Positions 61,811 to 64,000 of a stretch of DNA of 64,000 nt are shown piece after piece. Below the pieces are notes generated by a model. The model worked only from the letters and a program-made list of their open reading frames with translations. It did no database searches and was not told the origin of the DNA. The position numbers were made by a program, and so were the translations under genes. The stretch is from Felis catus (taxonomy: Eukaryota): the NCBI RefSeq assembly GCF_018350175.1, contig NC_058382.1:60080001-60144000 (forward strand), given 5' to 3'. The first letter of the stretch is position 1, and every line of letters begins with the position of its first letter.

Positions 61811-64000
61811 AGCAGAACGTTGTGTCTCGGGAGGCCGCGGTCCGCTTTTGCTGGCTTGCCACGCCGGGGAGAACAGTCCCGACGTCTCACGTACGGGGCA
61901 CACGCTGTGTCGCTTCACTTCTGATAAAAACGTTCCGTTCAAGAAAATGCGTTTCTGCGTTGCATGCCAAACACTCACAGAAATCTTGGAGAACCTGCGT
62001 AGCTCAGGGAATTAATCCCTCACGGGAAAACCTTCCCTAACTAGAAATGGTGGAAAATATAATTGAAGCCGTAAAGGCCAGAAGCGGCGAGTTTGGTGTT
62101 GATTAGTTCCAAAAACATCCTAGAGAAGTCACGGAAACAAGCACGCCTCTCCTGTCGCCTGGTTGGGGAAGCCTGGCCGGCTGGCCACGAGAGGCTGTGG
62201 GTCTGTCACCCTGTGTGAGGCGGCTGGCCTGGGTGGCGCCCCGGGGTTCCCTGCTGCTGGCTCCAGTTCTGCAGGAGGCCTTCGGGTCCCCGGCAGAGGC
62301 TTGTCGTACGAAGCAGCGTGGGTGCAAGTGGGCACAGGGCACCCGAGAGCTCGTCCTGGAGGGTCTTGGTCTCTCGTGAGCAGCACGGACAGTCGTTTCA
62401 GGCTTGGGGACGATGCGTCGGTGATGCTGGCTGTCGCTTTAGGCCCGTCGTGTGTCCTCTGACTGTCACCGACAGGTCGGTCTCGCGCCGGGCAGTGGTT
62501 TGGGTGGGAAGGATATTAACCACGTTTCGCGAGAGGTTGGATGAAGTGATTATTTAAATGTAGTTTTACAGTATTTTATGAGGCTGAAGTGTTGTCGTCT
62601 TTGAGGGGCTCAGAGAAGTTGAGGCCGAAGGAGCTTTATAACACGCAAAGCGCTTCCAACCGTGTGGCCACACCGCGTGCTGGTGGAGTACTCACGGTCC
62701 TCCCTGAGCCCCTTTGGTTGATCTCGCATCAGAGTTTTGTGACCAGTCAAGGGAGGGGTCTTCAAATCAAGGGCAGGCCTTACAGTCAGTTTCACGTGTT
62801 TAAGAGGTTGAATCAGATAGTTTTAATACCATCAGATCCACAGATTTTATTCATTTCTATTCTCTGCAGCACTTAGTACGGTATTGTTATCCGTTCTTAA
62901 TGAATATTGATGAATGAATTCAGTAATGATTATTCCAAATTAGCTCTTAGTTAATTGTAAGATGTGCGGATGGAAGGCATTTCCAAACATTTTTAAGCTG
63001 TTTAGAAATGGAACATACATTCACTGATGATTTTCATCATGAGTAATAGCCTGGAAACGTATGGGAGAATACTTATCTAATGCTTACAGCTCAGTAGGCT
63101 GAAAAGTTGTGACTGCTGAGTAATTGCAAAATTCTCTTTGGTGGGATCCAACTTGTGGAAATTTTTGTGCATGAGGGAGGTGTGGTGATTTCTTTACGCT
63201 TTTCTCTCACCATCTTTTTAATGTCTCTGTTTCTCGCTTGCGGGCCTGCTGTGTCACGGGTGGCACGTTCACGTGACCGGTTGGGCAGCCGCAGTCCACA
63301 GCCGGTGCCCGTGTACCGGGCGGTCCGGCTAATGACGCAGAGCAGCTGGGGAGCATGTGAAGGGTTCTTTAGGCCCGAAACTCCCGTTCCAGGAGCCGTT
63401 CTAGTGGGACGGCTGAGAGGAAGCCAGGTCACCACCGCAGCCCTAGGAACGGAATTTCTGAATTTCTGCTAGCAGTGAGTTGGGTGGAAGGTGAGACTCT
63501 GGAAGCAAGATGGCCATTGATACCGCTATCATTGGACAGAAGTTTCCCTTCTTCCTCATCAAAGAGGTTGGGAATGAAAGAGGGACACCCGTTAGGACAT
63601 TCCATTCCCCTTCTGACCAAACCTGGCACTTGCCTCGTGCAAACTCAGGTGCTCTGACAGGCCCCCTTGCGTGAAACCCGAGCCTGTGCCCCCAGCCTCC
63701 CTGTGGAAGGAGAGAGCTTAGTCAGTGGAGAACCTTCTCGGGAAGTCAGGTGGGAAGGCTGCCGTCGGCATGCTGTCGGTCTTCAGGGTCTGGAGACCTC
63801 GGGAGCACGTGGCCATCCTGTGGGACGCTGAGCAGGGAGGAAGCAGGGCCATCGAGGACCCACCCCCCGGCCGTTGTGACAGCGAGAGGCATGCCATGTG
63901 CCGAGTCTTGATGGGTAAGAGTCAAGAGCCCGCCTGGAGTCACACTGAGCCCTTGACCCATCAAATGACGAGATTACTACAGAAGAGAAAGTTTTTTGTT

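Noticed and set aside
50079..64000. Further BANP exons (e.g. VLQGAQLIAVA... and the terminal exon)
   Set aside because: Not found by eye in the last 14 kb, which is treated as intron. Candidates near 54831 and 57267 lack recognisable BANP peptide or a convincing splice-site pair.
1..64000. CRISPR array, operon or other novel prokaryote-style system
   Set aside because: The sequence is clearly mammalian exon-intron DNA; no regularly spaced repeat-spacer array or gene cluster is present.

Overview
Mammalian genomic DNA, almost certainly felid, judged from many tRNA-derived CanSINE/SINEC_Fc elements and a carnivore-type L1 3' end. The whole window lies inside one + strand gene, BANP (SMAR1, a BEN-domain transcription factor). 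Eight coding exons or exon parts (1-41, 18434-18550, 20208-20383, 33421-33660, 42418-42585, 46867-46997, 48584-48646, 50040-50078) join through GT-AG introns in one open frame of 975 nt (325 codons), from SPLGATQTCNKVRC through the BEN domain to GNLQIHHVGQDGQ. The start and stop exons lie outside the window. The rest is GC/CpG-rich intron containing about 20 CanSINEs, old L1/L2/MIR/MLT2/Tigger/MER58 remnants and microsatellites. Almost all ORFs in the supplied track are spurious. I found no evidence for a novel multi-gene system. The most interesting signals concern splicing and RNA structure: a GG where an upstream 'IPQ' acceptor AG is expected, a consensus out-of-frame competing donor, internally duplicated Q-rich exons, and abutting inverted SINE pairs. 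Gene and repeat-family identities come from recalled sequences, not database searches.
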